A program made the position numbers and the translations under genes. The notes under the pieces are model-generated. The model was not told where the DNA came from, made no database searches, and saw nothing but the letters and a program-made list of their open reading frames with translations. This document shows, one piece after another, positions 1 to 10,123 of a stretch of 64,000 nt of DNA (position 1 is its first letter; each line of letters begins with the position of its first letter). Source of the stretch: an uncultured Bradymonadales bacterium (GTDB lineage: Bacteria; Myxococcota_A; Bradymonadia; JAFGEP01); assembly GCA_964503485.1 (NCBI GenBank), contig CAZDBH010000001.1, positions 2,888-66,887 of the forward strand. The letters are read 5' to 3'.

Positions 1-406
1 AAAGACAGCAATACCGTCATGTTCAGACAAGGATGCGACTACATCGTCTTGAGTGCTCAACGGATTTGAGGCGCAGAGGCGCACCTCCGCACCTCCGGAA
101 GCTAGCGTTCTTACCAGCGCTGCGGTCTCAGCCGTCACATGCAGACATGCAGCGATTCGAATTCCAGCGAGCGGTTGTGACTCGCCGAATTGGGCACGAA
201 TGCTGTGGAGTGCCGGCATGTTTCTTTCCGCCCAGTGAATTCGGGTTCGTCCTCTTGTTTCTGAAGCGCTTTGTGTCTCGTGATTTTCAGATCGTTCCAT
301 CGCAGTGTTCCTCTACAAAGAAGGGTCGTGAGTGATGGCCTCAGTCTGGTTGGAGCCCGTTGATAAGTAAAATTGAAAAATCTTCTGTTACTGTTAAGTT
401 TTTCTT

Positions 407-1300
407 ATGAATTTGGGATTCAATCGACTCAAAGTCTTCTTCTATGTTTACCGAGAAGGCAGTGCCGTAGGAGCTGCTCGCGCTCTCCACGTCACGCAGC
501 CGGCCATCAGTCAGCACCTGAAGAAACTCGAGATGGAAGTCGCTACGCCACTGTTTACGCGGGTCCATCGACGCCTGGTGCCCACAGCGGCAGGTAACCA
601 ACTCTACGAGTTGGTCTCACCCTTCGTGGTGAAACTGGAGGCTGGGCTCCGAGCGATTCATCGCAGCCTAGACGAACCCTATGGCTTGGTTCGACTGGGA
701 GCGCCCGTCGAATTCGGGCAACGCTATCTGCCAAAGGTCTTTGCCGAGTTTCGAGAGTTGCACCCGGAGGTGACGTTTCATCTCGAGTTGGGACACCCGT
801 CGAAGCTGCTGGCAATGCTCCAGGACGGCCAGCTCGACTTCACGTTGGCGGACGTATTCTCGGACGCGAGAGCGAATCGAACCCTTTTTGACGTGCAGAC
901 CGTGTTCGAGGAATCGCTCATCCTGGTTGGGTCACCACGTCTTGTCGGTCGCGTAGCGATCAGCGAAGCACCGTTTATTGCTTATCGGCGGCACGCCCCC
1001 TCCCTTCGGAGTTGGTTTCGCAGGCATGTGGCGCCAGACACACCCGCGAACGCTGTCAAAATCGCATTGACCGTCGAGAGTGTCGCGGCCGCCATCGAGG
1101 GCGCCGTAAATCACCTCGGGCTGGCGGTCGTACCTTCCCACTTAGTGTCCGATGCACTTTCGGCGGGCACATTGGTCGAGGTGCAGACTGAGACGGCCGG
1201 CGAGATCAATCGAATCTCAATTGTTCAGCTGCAGGATAAGATTCCTACATTGACGGAGCGGACGTTCATTAAGTTCTGCCGCGGCGCACTCGCCTTCTAA
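407..1300 (+). CDS. LysR-family transcriptional regulator
   Basis: N-terminal HTH segment GSAVGAARALHVTQPAISQHLKKLE is typical of LysR regulators. The protein is about 300 aa, with a C-terminal substrate-binding-like region. Confidence 0.85.
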   Translation: MNLGFNRLKVFFYVYREGSAVGAARALHVTQPAISQHLKKLEMEVATPLFTRVHRRLVPTAAGNQLYELVSPFVVKLEAGLRAIHRSLDEPYGLVRLGAPVEFGQRYLPKVFAEFRELHPEVTFHLELGHPSKLLAMLQDGQLDFTLADVFSDARANRTLFDVQTVFEESLILVGSPRLVGRVAISEAPFIAYRRHAPSLRSWFRRHVAPDTPANAVKIALTVESVAAAIEGAVNHLGLAVVPSHLVSDALSAGTLVEVQTETAGEINRISIVQLQDKIPTLTERTFIKFCRGALAF

Positions 1301-1363
1301 GGCTGGCAGAAACTGGGCTTTCAGAGGAATAGTGTCTGAGTCGCTCGAGTTCAGGAGAGGTTA

Positions 1364-2326
1364 GTGGGAGGCAAAGTGACGAGGCAGCCAGAACGGAAGA
1401 GAAAGATCGCGGGCACTGGGCTCGCTTTTTTGTCTGGGGCACTACTCGTCTCGACACTGATTCCCATTCTGGAACCTGTGAACTGGCTCGTCGATCTCTT
1501 CGCCCACTTCCGATTTCAATACTTCTGGGCGGGGTTGATCCTGCTGTTGTTTGCCGGGCTCGCCAGGAGCCGTATGGCTCTCGGCCTATCGCTGGGTGCA
1601 GTGGTGGTGAATCTGGTGTTTCTGTGGCCACTGTGGTTTGGCTCGGGTCCATTCGACAGTGAGGATCCGCTCAAGATCCTGATATTCAACGTCAATGCGA
1701 CAAATCGTTCGTACGACGAGGTGTTGGACACGGTTCGCGACAGTGAAGCCCACATTGTTGTGATCCTGGAAGTCGATAGTGAGTGGGCTCTCGCCCTGAG
1801 CGAACTACAACCCGAATACGACGCGTCTTTCGAGGCCCGTCACGACAAGTTCGGTTCGGCCTTACTTTGGCGAATCCCACTCGAGGATCACGGGTTCGTG
1901 GAGTTGGCTCGGGTGGGTTTCCCAAGTCCTGAGGCTACGTTTCGCTGGCACGATCAGCAGATACACCTGCTGGGTGTCCACACCTTTCCACCTGTTGGTG
2001 GCGCTGCCACCAGACTTCGTGACGATCAACTGGCCTTCGCAGCGAGCTGGGCCCAGGAACAAACTGGGCACGTGATTGTTGCAGGTGACTTCAACACCAC
2101 TCCCTTCAGTCACAGTTTTGGGAAACTGCTCGAAGAGGGTGGGCTTCTCAACTCTCAGGTCGGTTTTGGGGTGCAGGCCTCTTGGCCAGCGGTGCCCAGC
2201 CCGTTCGGGATCCCCATCGATCACCTCGTTCACAGCGAGGGCCTGGCGACCGTGTCACGTCACCTGGGTCAATTCAGTGGGTCAGACCATCGCTCTCTAT
2301 TGGTCGAATTGGCGGTCGAGCAATGA
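1364..2326 (+). CDS. Membrane-anchored endonuclease/exonuclease/phosphatase (EEP) family protein
   Basis: Three predicted N-terminal TM helices precede EEP-like motifs (VVILEVD, VIVAGDFNTTPF, IDHLV..SDH). Confidence 0.6.
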   Translation: MGGKVTRQPERKRKIAGTGLAFLSGALLVSTLIPILEPVNWLVDLFAHFRFQYFWAGLILLLFAGLARSRMALGLSLGAVVVNLVFLWPLWFGSGPFDSEDPLKILIFNVNATNRSYDEVLDTVRDSEAHIVVILEVDSEWALALSELQPEYDASFEARHDKFGSALLWRIPLEDHGFVELARVGFPSPEATFRWHDQQIHLLGVHTFPPVGGAATRLRDDQLAFAASWAQEQTGHVIVAGDFNTTPFSHSFGKLLEEGGLLNSQVGFGVQASWPAVPSPFGIPIDHLVHSEGLATVSRHLGQFSGSDHRSLLVELAVEQ

Positions 2327-2348
2327 TCACGGCCCGTCGAGGTGCCGA

Positions 2349-2810
2349 TTACTGGCTCGATTCCGTGACACCGGCCTCTTTTCCTGTCTCGACGAAACGT
2401 CGCTCGGAGTCGGGCCGTGGACGTCTGCCCGAGTTGCCGACTGTTTTCCGGATCCGGGTTTCAGTCATTCGCCGGAATTTGAGCCGCTGCCTAAGCTGCG
2501 TCCAGAGTTGGGTTGCTGCCGCGTCCAGCGACTTGCCGCCCCAGTCAGTGACAAATTGCTCGAGATCAGCCCGAAGCCGATGGCCATCTGACTTTGAAGG
2601 CATGGGCGGCTTTGGCCGGCGGCTGACCCACTCCACCTGACGTGACGCGGTGTAGTGGCATTCGTCACAGGCCCAGAAATACTCGTCGCCATCATCGGCG
2701 ACCTCCCGAATGTGATACTCCTGCTGGGCGGTTCGAACCACCCCGTCGCATAGCGGGCAGTTCAACTGTGGCGGCTGTTCGCCATCGCGGCCTTTCGGTG
2801 GACCTGACAT
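2349..2810 (-). CDS. Hypothetical small protein with CxxC...CxxC zinc-ribbon-like motif
   Basis: ORF carries NCPLCDG ... ACDECHY cysteine pairs and lies convergent with the EEP gene. No family was recognised. Confidence 0.3.
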   Translation of the reverse strand: MSGPPKGRDGEQPPQLNCPLCDGVVRTAQQEYHIREVADDGDEYFWACDECHYTASRQVEWVSRRPKPPMPSKSDGHRLRADLEQFVTDWGGKSLDAAATQLWTQLRQRLKFRRMTETRIRKTVGNSGRRPRPDSERRFVETGKEAGVTESSQ

Positions 2811-2907
2811 GTGGCATATTGTCGTGGGCTATCTGCCCATAGTCCAGGCCTCGAGTCCGAGGTTTTCGCTTGCCCCCGATGCGGTCTCCGTTTAAGAAGG
2901 CAGCGCT

Positions 2908-3660
2908 ATGAGCGGTTCGAGCCTAGAACAAAAATTGGGACGCCAAATGGCGCGAGCGGTCATCGAACGAGATATGATCGCCGACGGTGACCGCATCATG
3001 GTGGCGGTGTCTGGGGGCAAAGATTCGTACGTGATGCTCAGACTGCTGCAGCGCATGCAGCGCATCGCTCCACTTCATTTCGACCTGGTTGCCTTTCATC
3101 TCGAGCAAGGCCAACCGGGCTTTCAGGTCGATCTCGTAGAAGAGCAACTCAAAGGAACTGGGGTTGAGTACGTCATTCATCGCCAGGATACGTACTCAAT
3201 AGTCAAAGAAAAGCTCGAGCCGACCCAGACAACGTGCAGCCTATGCTCTCGCCTGCGGCGGGGCATCTTGTACAACCAAGCCGAAAAGATGGAGTGCAAT
3301 AAGATTGCGCTTGGCCATCATCGAGATGATCTGATTCATACCTTGTTGATGAACGTCTTCTTCACTGGTCAAATCAAAACAATGGCTCCCCGACTCACGA
3401 GCGACGACGGACGAAACGTCGTGATCAGGCCGTTGGCCTATTGCTCGGAGGAAAAGATCCTCGAGTACGCCAATCTGGTTGGGTTTCGCGCCGCGCCCTG
3501 CACCTTGTGCACCAATCAAGACGGTCTCAAACGCAACATGGTCGCCGGATTGGTCGACCAATTGGCCCAGACCCATCCCGGTATCAAAGAGAGCATTTTC
3601 GCCAGCCTTCAGAACGTGCGAACCACGCACTTGCTAGACGATCGCCTGCCTTCGGTGTGA
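2908..3660 (+). CDS. ttcA: tRNA 2-thiocytidine biosynthesis protein TtcA (PP-loop ATPase)
   Basis: SGGKDS PP-loop motif plus CSLC...CTLC cysteine motifs and a length of about 250 aa, typical of TtcA. Confidence 0.85.
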   Translation: MSGSSLEQKLGRQMARAVIERDMIADGDRIMVAVSGGKDSYVMLRLLQRMQRIAPLHFDLVAFHLEQGQPGFQVDLVEEQLKGTGVEYVIHRQDTYSIVKEKLEPTQTTCSLCSRLRRGILYNQAEKMECNKIALGHHRDDLIHTLLMNVFFTGQIKTMAPRLTSDDGRNVVIRPLAYCSEEKILEYANLVGFRAAPCTLCTNQDGLKRNMVAGLVDQLAQTHPGIKESIFASLQNVRTTHLLDDRLPSV

Positions 3661-3729
3661 AAACTCGGGAAGCTTCTCAGTTCCGACGTTTTCAAGTATT
3701 TTTAGCACGAATTTACAGGTGCTTAAGAG

Positions 3730-5430
3730 ATGACGCAGGACAACAGTGCCAACATTACGAATGTAACCGGCGCTGCTGACGGCGGCTTGGGTATCATACC
3801 CCTGGGCGGTCTAGGCGAAGTGGGAATGAACTGCACCGTCTACGAGTTCGACGGGCAGCAGATCATGGTTGACTGCGGAATCAACTTTCCAGAGCAGGAT
3901 GACTATGGTGTTGATCACATCATCCCGTCCTTTGCCTACCTGCACCAGAGTGAGACTCGGCTGTCCGCCTGCGTCATTACCCATGGGCACGAAGACCATA
4001 TCGGCGCGATTCCATACCTTTTGCGTGAGTTCAATATCCCGATCTATGGAACGCCTCTGGCCCTCGCACTAATTGCTCGGCGCCTCAAAGAGCACGGCCT
4101 GTACGAGCACGCGACCCTCAACGAGATCTCGGCGGGCGATCGGTTGTCGCTGGGCTGCTTCGATGTCGAGTTCATTCACGTCAATCACAGCATTCCTCAA
4201 TCGACCTCGCTGGCGATCAAGACGCCTGTCGGTATGGTCGTCCACACCAGCGACTTCAAGGTAGACCACGCCCCGAGAAACGAACCACCGATCGACCTCG
4301 CTCGATTCGCCCAACTGGGTGACGAGGGTGTTTTGTGCCTGCTCAGCGACAGCACGAACGTCGGCAGAGACGGCTACACCCGAGGTGAGGGGGCCGTCGC
4401 TCTGTCGTTGGCAAAGCTCATCGAAGACGCTCCGGGTCGGGTCGTCGTTACCCTGTTTTCGTCGAGTCTCCACCGAATTCAGTCCCTACTGGATATTGCC
4501 CATCAGCAGGGCAAACACGTCCTGATGTTGGGCCGAAGCTTGCTTCGAAACCTAGAAGTTGGGCGTGAGCTCGGACTCATTCACTTGCCGTCCGAGGGGC
4601 TGCTCATCGAGCCGAACGAGCTCGAGGCCTTTTCGCACGACAAGATCATTGCCCTGACAACGGGAAGTCAGGGGGAACCACGAAGTGCTCTGACACGAAT
4701 CGCGATGGGCGACCACTCCCAATTCTACATCACGCCGGGCGACCTCGTAATCTACAGCAGTCGAGTCATTCCGGGTAACGAGGCTGCCATCAATCGGGTG
4801 ATCAATCACCTGTACCGCAAGGGTGCCGACGTTCGCCAATCGCACCAACACGAAGCCCATGCTTCGGGTCACGCCTGTCAGCAGGAACAGCGGCTGATTC
4901 TGAATTTGACTCGACCCCGGTTCTTCGTCCCACTTCATGGCGAGTATCGAATGCTGGCTCAACATGCCGCGATCGCCGATCAGTTGGGCGCTGAAAAGAC
5001 CTTCGTCATGGACAACGGTGAAGTCCTCGGCGTCTGGGAAGATGACGCTCAACGGTTGGGCAGGGTCGCGTCAGGAAGGGTACTGGTCGATGGCAAAGGC
5101 ACCGACGATCTCCCGAGTCCTGTGCTGCAAGACCGGAGGAAACTCGCTCGGACGGGGATCGTCGTCGCATGGCTTCTCTTGGACGGAAGCACCGGGGAGG
5201 TTGTGAGCGGTCCAAAGCTGCTGACTCAGGGTGTGTTGGGAATCAGTGACGGCGATGAATTGGTCGAAGACGCGTGCCGAGCGGCTCTTCAGGCTATCTC
5301 CGAACTCAAAGCGGAGAGTCGCAGTGAAGCAGCAGAGGTAGCCGAAACCATGCGGCGGGCTGTTAGGCGACTCTTCAACAAGACCATCGACTCCAAACCG
5401 GTGGTCGTCCCAATCGTGCACGAGCTTTAG
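3730..5430 (+). CDS. rnj: Ribonuclease J (metallo-beta-lactamase/beta-CASP RNase)
   Basis: HGHEDHIGA (HxHxDH) metallo-beta-lactamase motif, length of about 566 aa, beta-CASP region and the RNase J C-terminal domain. Confidence 0.85.
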   Translation: MTQDNSANITNVTGAADGGLGIIPLGGLGEVGMNCTVYEFDGQQIMVDCGINFPEQDDYGVDHIIPSFAYLHQSETRLSACVITHGHEDHIGAIPYLLREFNIPIYGTPLALALIARRLKEHGLYEHATLNEISAGDRLSLGCFDVEFIHVNHSIPQSTSLAIKTPVGMVVHTSDFKVDHAPRNEPPIDLARFAQLGDEGVLCLLSDSTNVGRDGYTRGEGAVALSLAKLIEDAPGRVVVTLFSSSLHRIQSLLDIAHQQGKHVLMLGRSLLRNLEVGRELGLIHLPSEGLLIEPNELEAFSHDKIIALTTGSQGEPRSALTRIAMGDHSQFYITPGDLVIYSSRVIPGNEAAINRVINHLYRKGADVRQSHQHEAHASGHACQQEQRLILNLTRPRFFVPLHGEYRMLAQHAAIADQLGAEKTFVMDNGEVLGVWEDDAQRLGRVASGRVLVDGKGTDDLPSPVLQDRRKLARTGIVVAWLLLDGSTGEVVSGPKLLTQGVLGISDGDELVEDACRAALQAISELKAESRSEAAEVAETMRRAVRRLFNKTIDSKPVVVPIVHEL

Positions 5431-5435
5431 TCCAC

Positions 5436-6284
5436 GTGTCGCAGCAAGACGTCACCTTACCGATTGCGCGAGTCCGCCTGTTCTCGGTGACTCAAGCCTT
5501 TGGTTGGGGTTACCTCACCACCGACTCAATATCCGTCGCCGCCGCAGGTGCAATGCCGTTGCCCCACTCGGTGGCAACTGTAGACCATCAGGATCGGGTG
5601 ATTGCCCAACATCGGGTTGACCAAGACTTGCACGCCCTGTCCGAATCGGAGCGCGGCCCATATTCGCTAAAGATTGGATTGTTGCCGAACCAGCCCAGCG
5701 TCGGGTGCGTGCGGAGCTTCCTACAAGAGCGCACCCCGTCGGTGGTCGTCGTTGACCCTGAGTTGGCGGATCGAAATGGCCGACCTCGAGTCTCGGAGAG
5801 GGTTGTCGAGGCGGTTCGAACCAACCTTGTCGGTAGCGCTGGCCTCATCGTGGTGAACGCAGCGGAGGCCGAACTTCTGACAATGAGGCCCGCGCCGAGC
5901 CCTACCGCGATGCGAGATGCTTGCAAAGCCATCTTCGACCTCGGAGCGCAGCAGGTTGTCGTCACGGGAGGACATCTCGACGGGTTTCCTCTCGACTACT
6001 TCTACGACGGTACCGGTTTCGAAGAACTTGGGGCCGATCGAATCGCGGTGGATGGCGACCTAAAGGGCGCTGGAGGGTTGTTTTCAGCTCTTGCAACGGC
6101 TCGGGTCGTTACGGGATCTGACCCGCTTCACGCCGTTCACTGGGCAAAACAACGTGTTTCGGTCGGCATCAGACATCGGGTCTTTCAAGGGGATTCGATC
6201 GCTTTTCGTGCCGACGGTTCGAGCGGGCGCACGCCCCAGAATGGTGCTTGGGTGCCCGATGTCCGGCAGGCGGTGAACCCGTGA
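5436..6284 (+). CDS. ThiD/PdxK-family (HMP-P kinase-like) ribokinase-fold protein, possibly divergent
   Basis: Collinear with ThiD at KIGLL, VVVDPEL, VVVTGGHLDG and GAGGLFSALATA (ThiD has KIGML, VLDTVM, VLMKGGHL and GTGCTLSAALAA). The N-terminal GG-AGI motif is degenerate. The stop overlaps the next gene start (GTGA). Confidence 0.5.
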   Translation: MSQQDVTLPIARVRLFSVTQAFGWGYLTTDSISVAAAGAMPLPHSVATVDHQDRVIAQHRVDQDLHALSESERGPYSLKIGLLPNQPSVGCVRSFLQERTPSVVVVDPELADRNGRPRVSERVVEAVRTNLVGSAGLIVVNAAEAELLTMRPAPSPTAMRDACKAIFDLGAQQVVVTGGHLDGFPLDYFYDGTGFEELGADRIAVDGDLKGAGGLFSALATARVVTGSDPLHAVHWAKQRVSVGIRHRVFQGDSIAFRADGSSGRTPQNGAWVPDVRQAVNP

Positions 6285-7756
6285 GCGCCAAAGAGCCAAC
6301 ACCACCCAGCCAGACGGGCGAGATTTCTGCGGCTCCCGCGGGGACCCGCTGGCGTGTCGTACGGCGATTCCGGCGCGAGGTCATCCTTGCGGGTATCGGC
6401 GGCATGTTCCTGATTCTCCTGTCGATCGAACGGCCCGCTGGGCTCTCGATGGACGGATGGAAGGCGTTGTGTCTGCTGGCATTCATTGTGACCTTGTGGG
6501 TCACGAACCTCATCCCCCTCGCCGTCAGCAGCCTGCTCGCCATCGCTGCGATTCCGCTGCTGGGACTGATGGAGGAGGGCGAAGCGTACGCCTACTTCGG
6601 GTCGAAAGTGGTCTTCTTCATCATGGGTGCATTTATCCTCGGAGCGGCGCTTGTCGGTTCAGGGCTCAGCACCCGTTTGGCGACTTGGGCTTTGACTCGA
6701 TTTGGAAAGACGCCTAGACGGCTGATCTTCACCTTCTTTGGTGTCGGCGCGTTGGGGTCAACCATCATGAGCGAACACGCCGTCGCCGCGATGCTCTTCC
6801 CGATCGCCATGAGTGTCAGTCGTAACATGGAATTGGCCACCGAGAATCGTCGTTACGGACGAACGCTTTTCATGGCGCTCGCCTGGGGCTGCATTGTTGG
6901 TGGCACAATGACGATCCTGGGCGGCGGTCGAGGTCCACTCGCGATCGGTATGCTCGAGGAGGCAACTAACGGTCAAATGACCGTTGGTTTCATGGAGTAC
7001 GTCGCCTTCGATCTGCCCCTGGTTATCTGGATGTTCTTTTTTGGCTTCCTGATGATCAAACGAAGTGGCGGTCTCAAGCAAGGCGAGGTCAACCCAGCAC
7101 GCGAGCGCCTGAAGACAAAACAGGGCAGGAGAGGAGAGGTCACCAACCGCGAATACGGTGTGGGCATTGTCATGGCCATTACCGTCGTTCTTTGGATCAT
7201 CCGGGGTCACGAGTGGGGCCTTGCGAATATCGCCATTATCTCGACGGCAGTACTCTTCGTTTTCGGCTGGATGACCTGGCGCGAGGTCGAGGATGGGGTC
7301 AACTGGGGCGTCATCTTGATGTACGGGGGCGCTATCTGCCTGGGCGCTGCGCTTCACAAATCGGGAGCCACCGTCTGGCTGACGGCTCCGCTGACCGACG
7401 GGGACTCACTCTCTCCTCAGTTGATTCTGTTCTGCTTGGCGGTCCTGTCGATGGTGTTGACCGAACTGATGAGCAACTCGGCAGTGATTGCTGTCTTGTT
7501 ACCGGTCGCCCTCGAATTGGGAGCGGCACGGGGCATCGACCTGCGTATCGTTACGATGACGATCGTGTTGCCGAGTAACTTCGCATTTGCATTCCCGATG
7601 GCGACCCCCGCCAACGCTCTGGCTTACTCTTCGGGTTTCCTCGACATGAAGACCATGGTAGTCCGTGGACTGCTAATGGACCTTCTGTGTTTGATTGGCT
7701 TCGGGTTGCTGTTATTCATCTACTGGCCTCTATTGGGCTACAGCATGGGGACGTGA
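6281..7756 (+). CDS. DASS/ArsB-NhaD superfamily anion permease
   Basis: Polytopic membrane protein with two hairpin Ser-Asn motifs (MSEHAVAA..P and MSNSAVIAVLLP / SNFAFAFPMATPANA) typical of divalent anion:Na+ symporters. The start was chosen at an in-frame GTG that overlaps the upstream stop. Confidence 0.55.
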   Translation: MSAKEPTPPSQTGEISAAPAGTRWRVVRRFRREVILAGIGGMFLILLSIERPAGLSMDGWKALCLLAFIVTLWVTNLIPLAVSSLLAIAAIPLLGLMEEGEAYAYFGSKVVFFIMGAFILGAALVGSGLSTRLATWALTRFGKTPRRLIFTFFGVGALGSTIMSEHAVAAMLFPIAMSVSRNMELATENRRYGRTLFMALAWGCIVGGTMTILGGGRGPLAIGMLEEATNGQMTVGFMEYVAFDLPLVIWMFFFGFLMIKRSGGLKQGEVNPARERLKTKQGRRGEVTNREYGVGIVMAITVVLWIIRGHEWGLANIAIISTAVLFVFGWMTWREVEDGVNWGVILMYGGAICLGAALHKSGATVWLTAPLTDGDSLSPQLILFCLAVLSMVLTELMSNSAVIAVLLPVALELGAARGIDLRIVTMTIVLPSNFAFAFPMATPANALAYSSGFLDMKTMVVRGLLMDLLCLIGFGLLLFIYWPLLGYSMGT

Positions 7757-8229
7757 TCGTTTTGAGTGTTTACCTCGTCACTTTGTCGAGCGAACGAGAC
7801 AGCGAGCTCCTTATTGAGCGCGCGCTGCACGACAGCGAGAAGGATTCCGCCAAACTCAGGGTGGTCTATGTCGTGATGCCTGCGGATGAGGCCAGCTTGG
7901 CCAAGCTTGGAGAGCAGGCCTGGGTGGGTCAGGCCCTTCTGGATGAGGCGACTCAAGAACTCAAACGCACTGCGCTCAAGGTGGCCATGGCGCGACTCGA
8001 AGAGATCTCTGAGTTGGCGAGAGAACGAGGCATCGACTGTTCGACCGATATCCTCGACGGGAATTTCGAGGTACTAACCCAATCGACAGCCTCAGATCGA
8101 CATGTTACTCGACTGTACGTCAACGGCAGAACCCGAGGCTTATTCAGCCGACTCTTTTTCGGGTCAGAGACAGCGCGCGTGGCGCAAGGTGCCGATTGTG
8201 AAGTAATCGTCGTCGAGGATGGAGTGTAA
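7753..8229 (+). CDS. Universal stress protein (UspA family)
   Basis: LRVVYVV...ARVAQGADCEVIVVE pattern of the UspA alpha/beta fold. A GTG start overlapping the permease stop (GTGA) was chosen; the ORF track start at 7687 overlaps the permease. Confidence 0.5.
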   Translation: MIVLSVYLVTLSSERDSELLIERALHDSEKDSAKLRVVYVVMPADEASLAKLGEQAWVGQALLDEATQELKRTALKVAMARLEEISELARERGIDCSTDILDGNFEVLTQSTASDRHVTRLYVNGRTRGLFSRLFFGSETARVAQGADCEVIVVEDGV

Positions 8230-8234
8230 TTCGT

Positions 8235-8687
8235 ATGTTTGGATATCTGCTCTTGTTTCACATCCTGTTCGCGTCGAGTTGGTGGGGTGTCCCGTTGGGG
8301 CTTCCCTCTCGGCTCAAACGAGCGCTGGCGGTCGATGGCAAAACCCTCCGGGCCGCCGCCGAAGACGCGAACCGTAGAGGCGCCATTGCTTCGGGCATGG
8401 GACTAATGACATTCGCAACGGGCCTGGGAATGGTCTTTAGTATCGGTGGTTTTGGATCGGTTGGACCCGAAATCCACGCAGCTATGACGATTGTTATCAT
8501 CATGTTGGCCCTAGGGCTGGCCGTCATGAAGCCGGGTGGGGCAAAGCTGTATGCGATGACCGATGACTGGAATGACAGCAAGACGGCTGAAGCAGAAGCC
8601 ATCATCAAGCGTCTGGCGATGGTCGGCGGCATCCTTCAGCTGCTTTGGGTCGGAACGTTGGTGTTGATGTTGTGGGGCCGCTTCTAG
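8235..8687 (+). CDS. Hypothetical membrane protein
   Basis: Four predicted TM segments; lies 6 bp downstream of usp in the same operon. Confidence 0.4.
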   Translation: MFGYLLLFHILFASSWWGVPLGLPSRLKRALAVDGKTLRAAAEDANRRGAIASGMGLMTFATGLGMVFSIGGFGSVGPEIHAAMTIVIIMLALGLAVMKPGGAKLYAMTDDWNDSKTAEAEAIIKRLAMVGGILQLLWVGTLVLMLWGRF

Positions 8688-8722
8688 GTCGAACAACCCA
8701 AGGCGGCGATTCCTGCCGTCAC

Positions 8723-10123
8723 CTAAGAGCGCAGTATTTCCTTCTCGAGATGAGCGACCGCTGAGCCGACCGTTTGATCGGATTCGACGAGGTCGCTGAT
8801 CTTACGGCAAGCAGCCAGCACGGTCGTGTGATCGCGACCGCCGAACTTTTCACCGAGCTGCGGATAGGAAAGGCCTGTCAGTCGCTTTGCCAAATACATG
8901 GCCAATTGGCGCGGCTTCGAGAAGGCGCGCTTGCGCTCTTTGCCTTTCATATCAGCGACACGAATCTGATAGTAGCTCGAGACGACCTTTTGGATGTGTT
9001 CGACACTGACGCGTCGATTGTCACCCTTGAGCAGTTGTTGCAGCAAACTCTTGGCCAGCTCCTTAGTGAGGCGCTTGTTGTTGAAGCCGCTGTAGGCGTG
9101 CAGACGAAGGAGCGCTCCCTCGATTTCGCGCACGTTGTCTCGAATGTGCTCTGCCAGGAAGAGGGCTACATCGGGAGTCAGTTCGAGGTTTAGGGCCTGT
9201 GCCTTTCGCTCGATAATCGCCAAACGCGTCTCGAGGGCCGGCGGTTGGATGTCGGCGATCAGGCCCCACTGAAAGCGTGAGCGAAGTCTGCTCTCGATAT
9301 CGCGCAAGTCTTGGGGCGTTCGATCGGAGGTGATGACGATCTGTTTGCCGGCCTGGTGGAGCGTGTTGAAGGTATGGAAGAACTCCTGTTTGGTGCTCTC
9401 TTTACCTGCCAGGAACTGAATATCATCGACGAGCAACACATCGACTTGATCGCGGTAGTACGCCCTGAAGGCCTTCATTTCACCGGCCTTGAGGTGCTCG
9501 ATCAGGCGATTCATGAAGTTTTCGGTCGTGGTGTAGTGGACGTTCAGCTTTGGATCGGCTCGAAGCAGTTCGATACCAACAGCGTTCAGAAGATGGGTTT
9601 TACCTAGACCAACTGCCCCATAGACGAAGAGCGGGTTATAGATGCACCCTGGATGGTTGAAGACAGTGCGACACGCCGCGTGAGCAAACTCATTGCTGTC
9701 ACCAACAACGAACGAATCAAACGAATACTGCAGCTTGAGACCACTGGCCAAAATACGTTCAGTCGGCGTTGGTTCTGCCGGTTGGATGGTCAGCGGTGGA
9801 TCGGTGAGAATCGAACGTTCATTCTGGCGTAGCTTTGGGATCGAATCGGGAACAGCGATACCGGGGCACTCTGTCTTGGCGAGCGGCTCATGGACGAGTT
9901 TTAGTTGAATCTCATCGCCTACGATACGCGTGAGATGGAGCCGAATGAGCTGAGCAAAGTTCCTTTCTATGAAGACGGCATCAAATTCATCATCGGCGAG
10001 CAAACAAAGTTCACTAGTTGTGAACTTTTGCGGTGTGAGCGGCCTGAACCAACGGTTGAACGTGGTCGCTGGTACTTTGGTTTGGATGGCAGCAAGAACA
10101 TCTTTCCAGTGTGCAATCATCAA
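8723..10123 (-). CDS. dnaA: Chromosomal replication initiator DnaA
   Basis: N-terminal WxxxLxxxxxxVPxxxFxxWxRPL, AAA+ Walker A GAVGLGKTHLLNA, DnaA signature VDVLLVDDIQFLAGKE, and a C-terminal DNA-binding domain. Confidence 0.95.
   Translation of the reverse strand: MMIAHWKDVLAAIQTKVPATTFNRWFRPLTPQKFTTSELCLLADDEFDAVFIERNFAQLIRLHLTRIVGDEIQLKLVHEPLAKTECPGIAVPDSIPKLRQNERSILTDPPLTIQPAEPTPTERILASGLKLQYSFDSFVVGDSNEFAHAACRTVFNHPGCIYNPLFVYGAVGLGKTHLLNAVGIELLRADPKLNVHYTTTENFMNRLIEHLKAGEMKAFRAYYRDQVDVLLVDDIQFLAGKESTKQEFFHTFNTLHQAGKQIVITSDRTPQDLRDIESRLRSRFQWGLIADIQPPALETRLAIIERKAQALNLELTPDVALFLAEHIRDNVREIEGALLRLHAYSGFNNKRLTKELAKSLLQQLLKGDNRRVSVEHIQKVVSSYYQIRVADMKGKERKRAFSKPRQLAMYLAKRLTGLSYPQLGEKFGGRDHTTVLAACRKISDLVESDQTVGSAVAHLEKEILRS

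Noticed and set aside
33-335. 100-aa ORF at the window start
   Set aside because: Arg/Cys-rich composition typical of an out-of-frame GC-rich translation; no SD and no motif. It is more likely a divergent promoter region for the LysR gene.
3702-3726. Inverted repeat TTAGCAC-N10-GTGCTTAA just upstream of rnj, superficially CIRCE-like
   Set aside because: The arms are short and imperfect, the spacer is wrong for CIRCE, and it lies before RNase J rather than a chaperone gene. It is possibly a leader hairpin, but this is unsupported.
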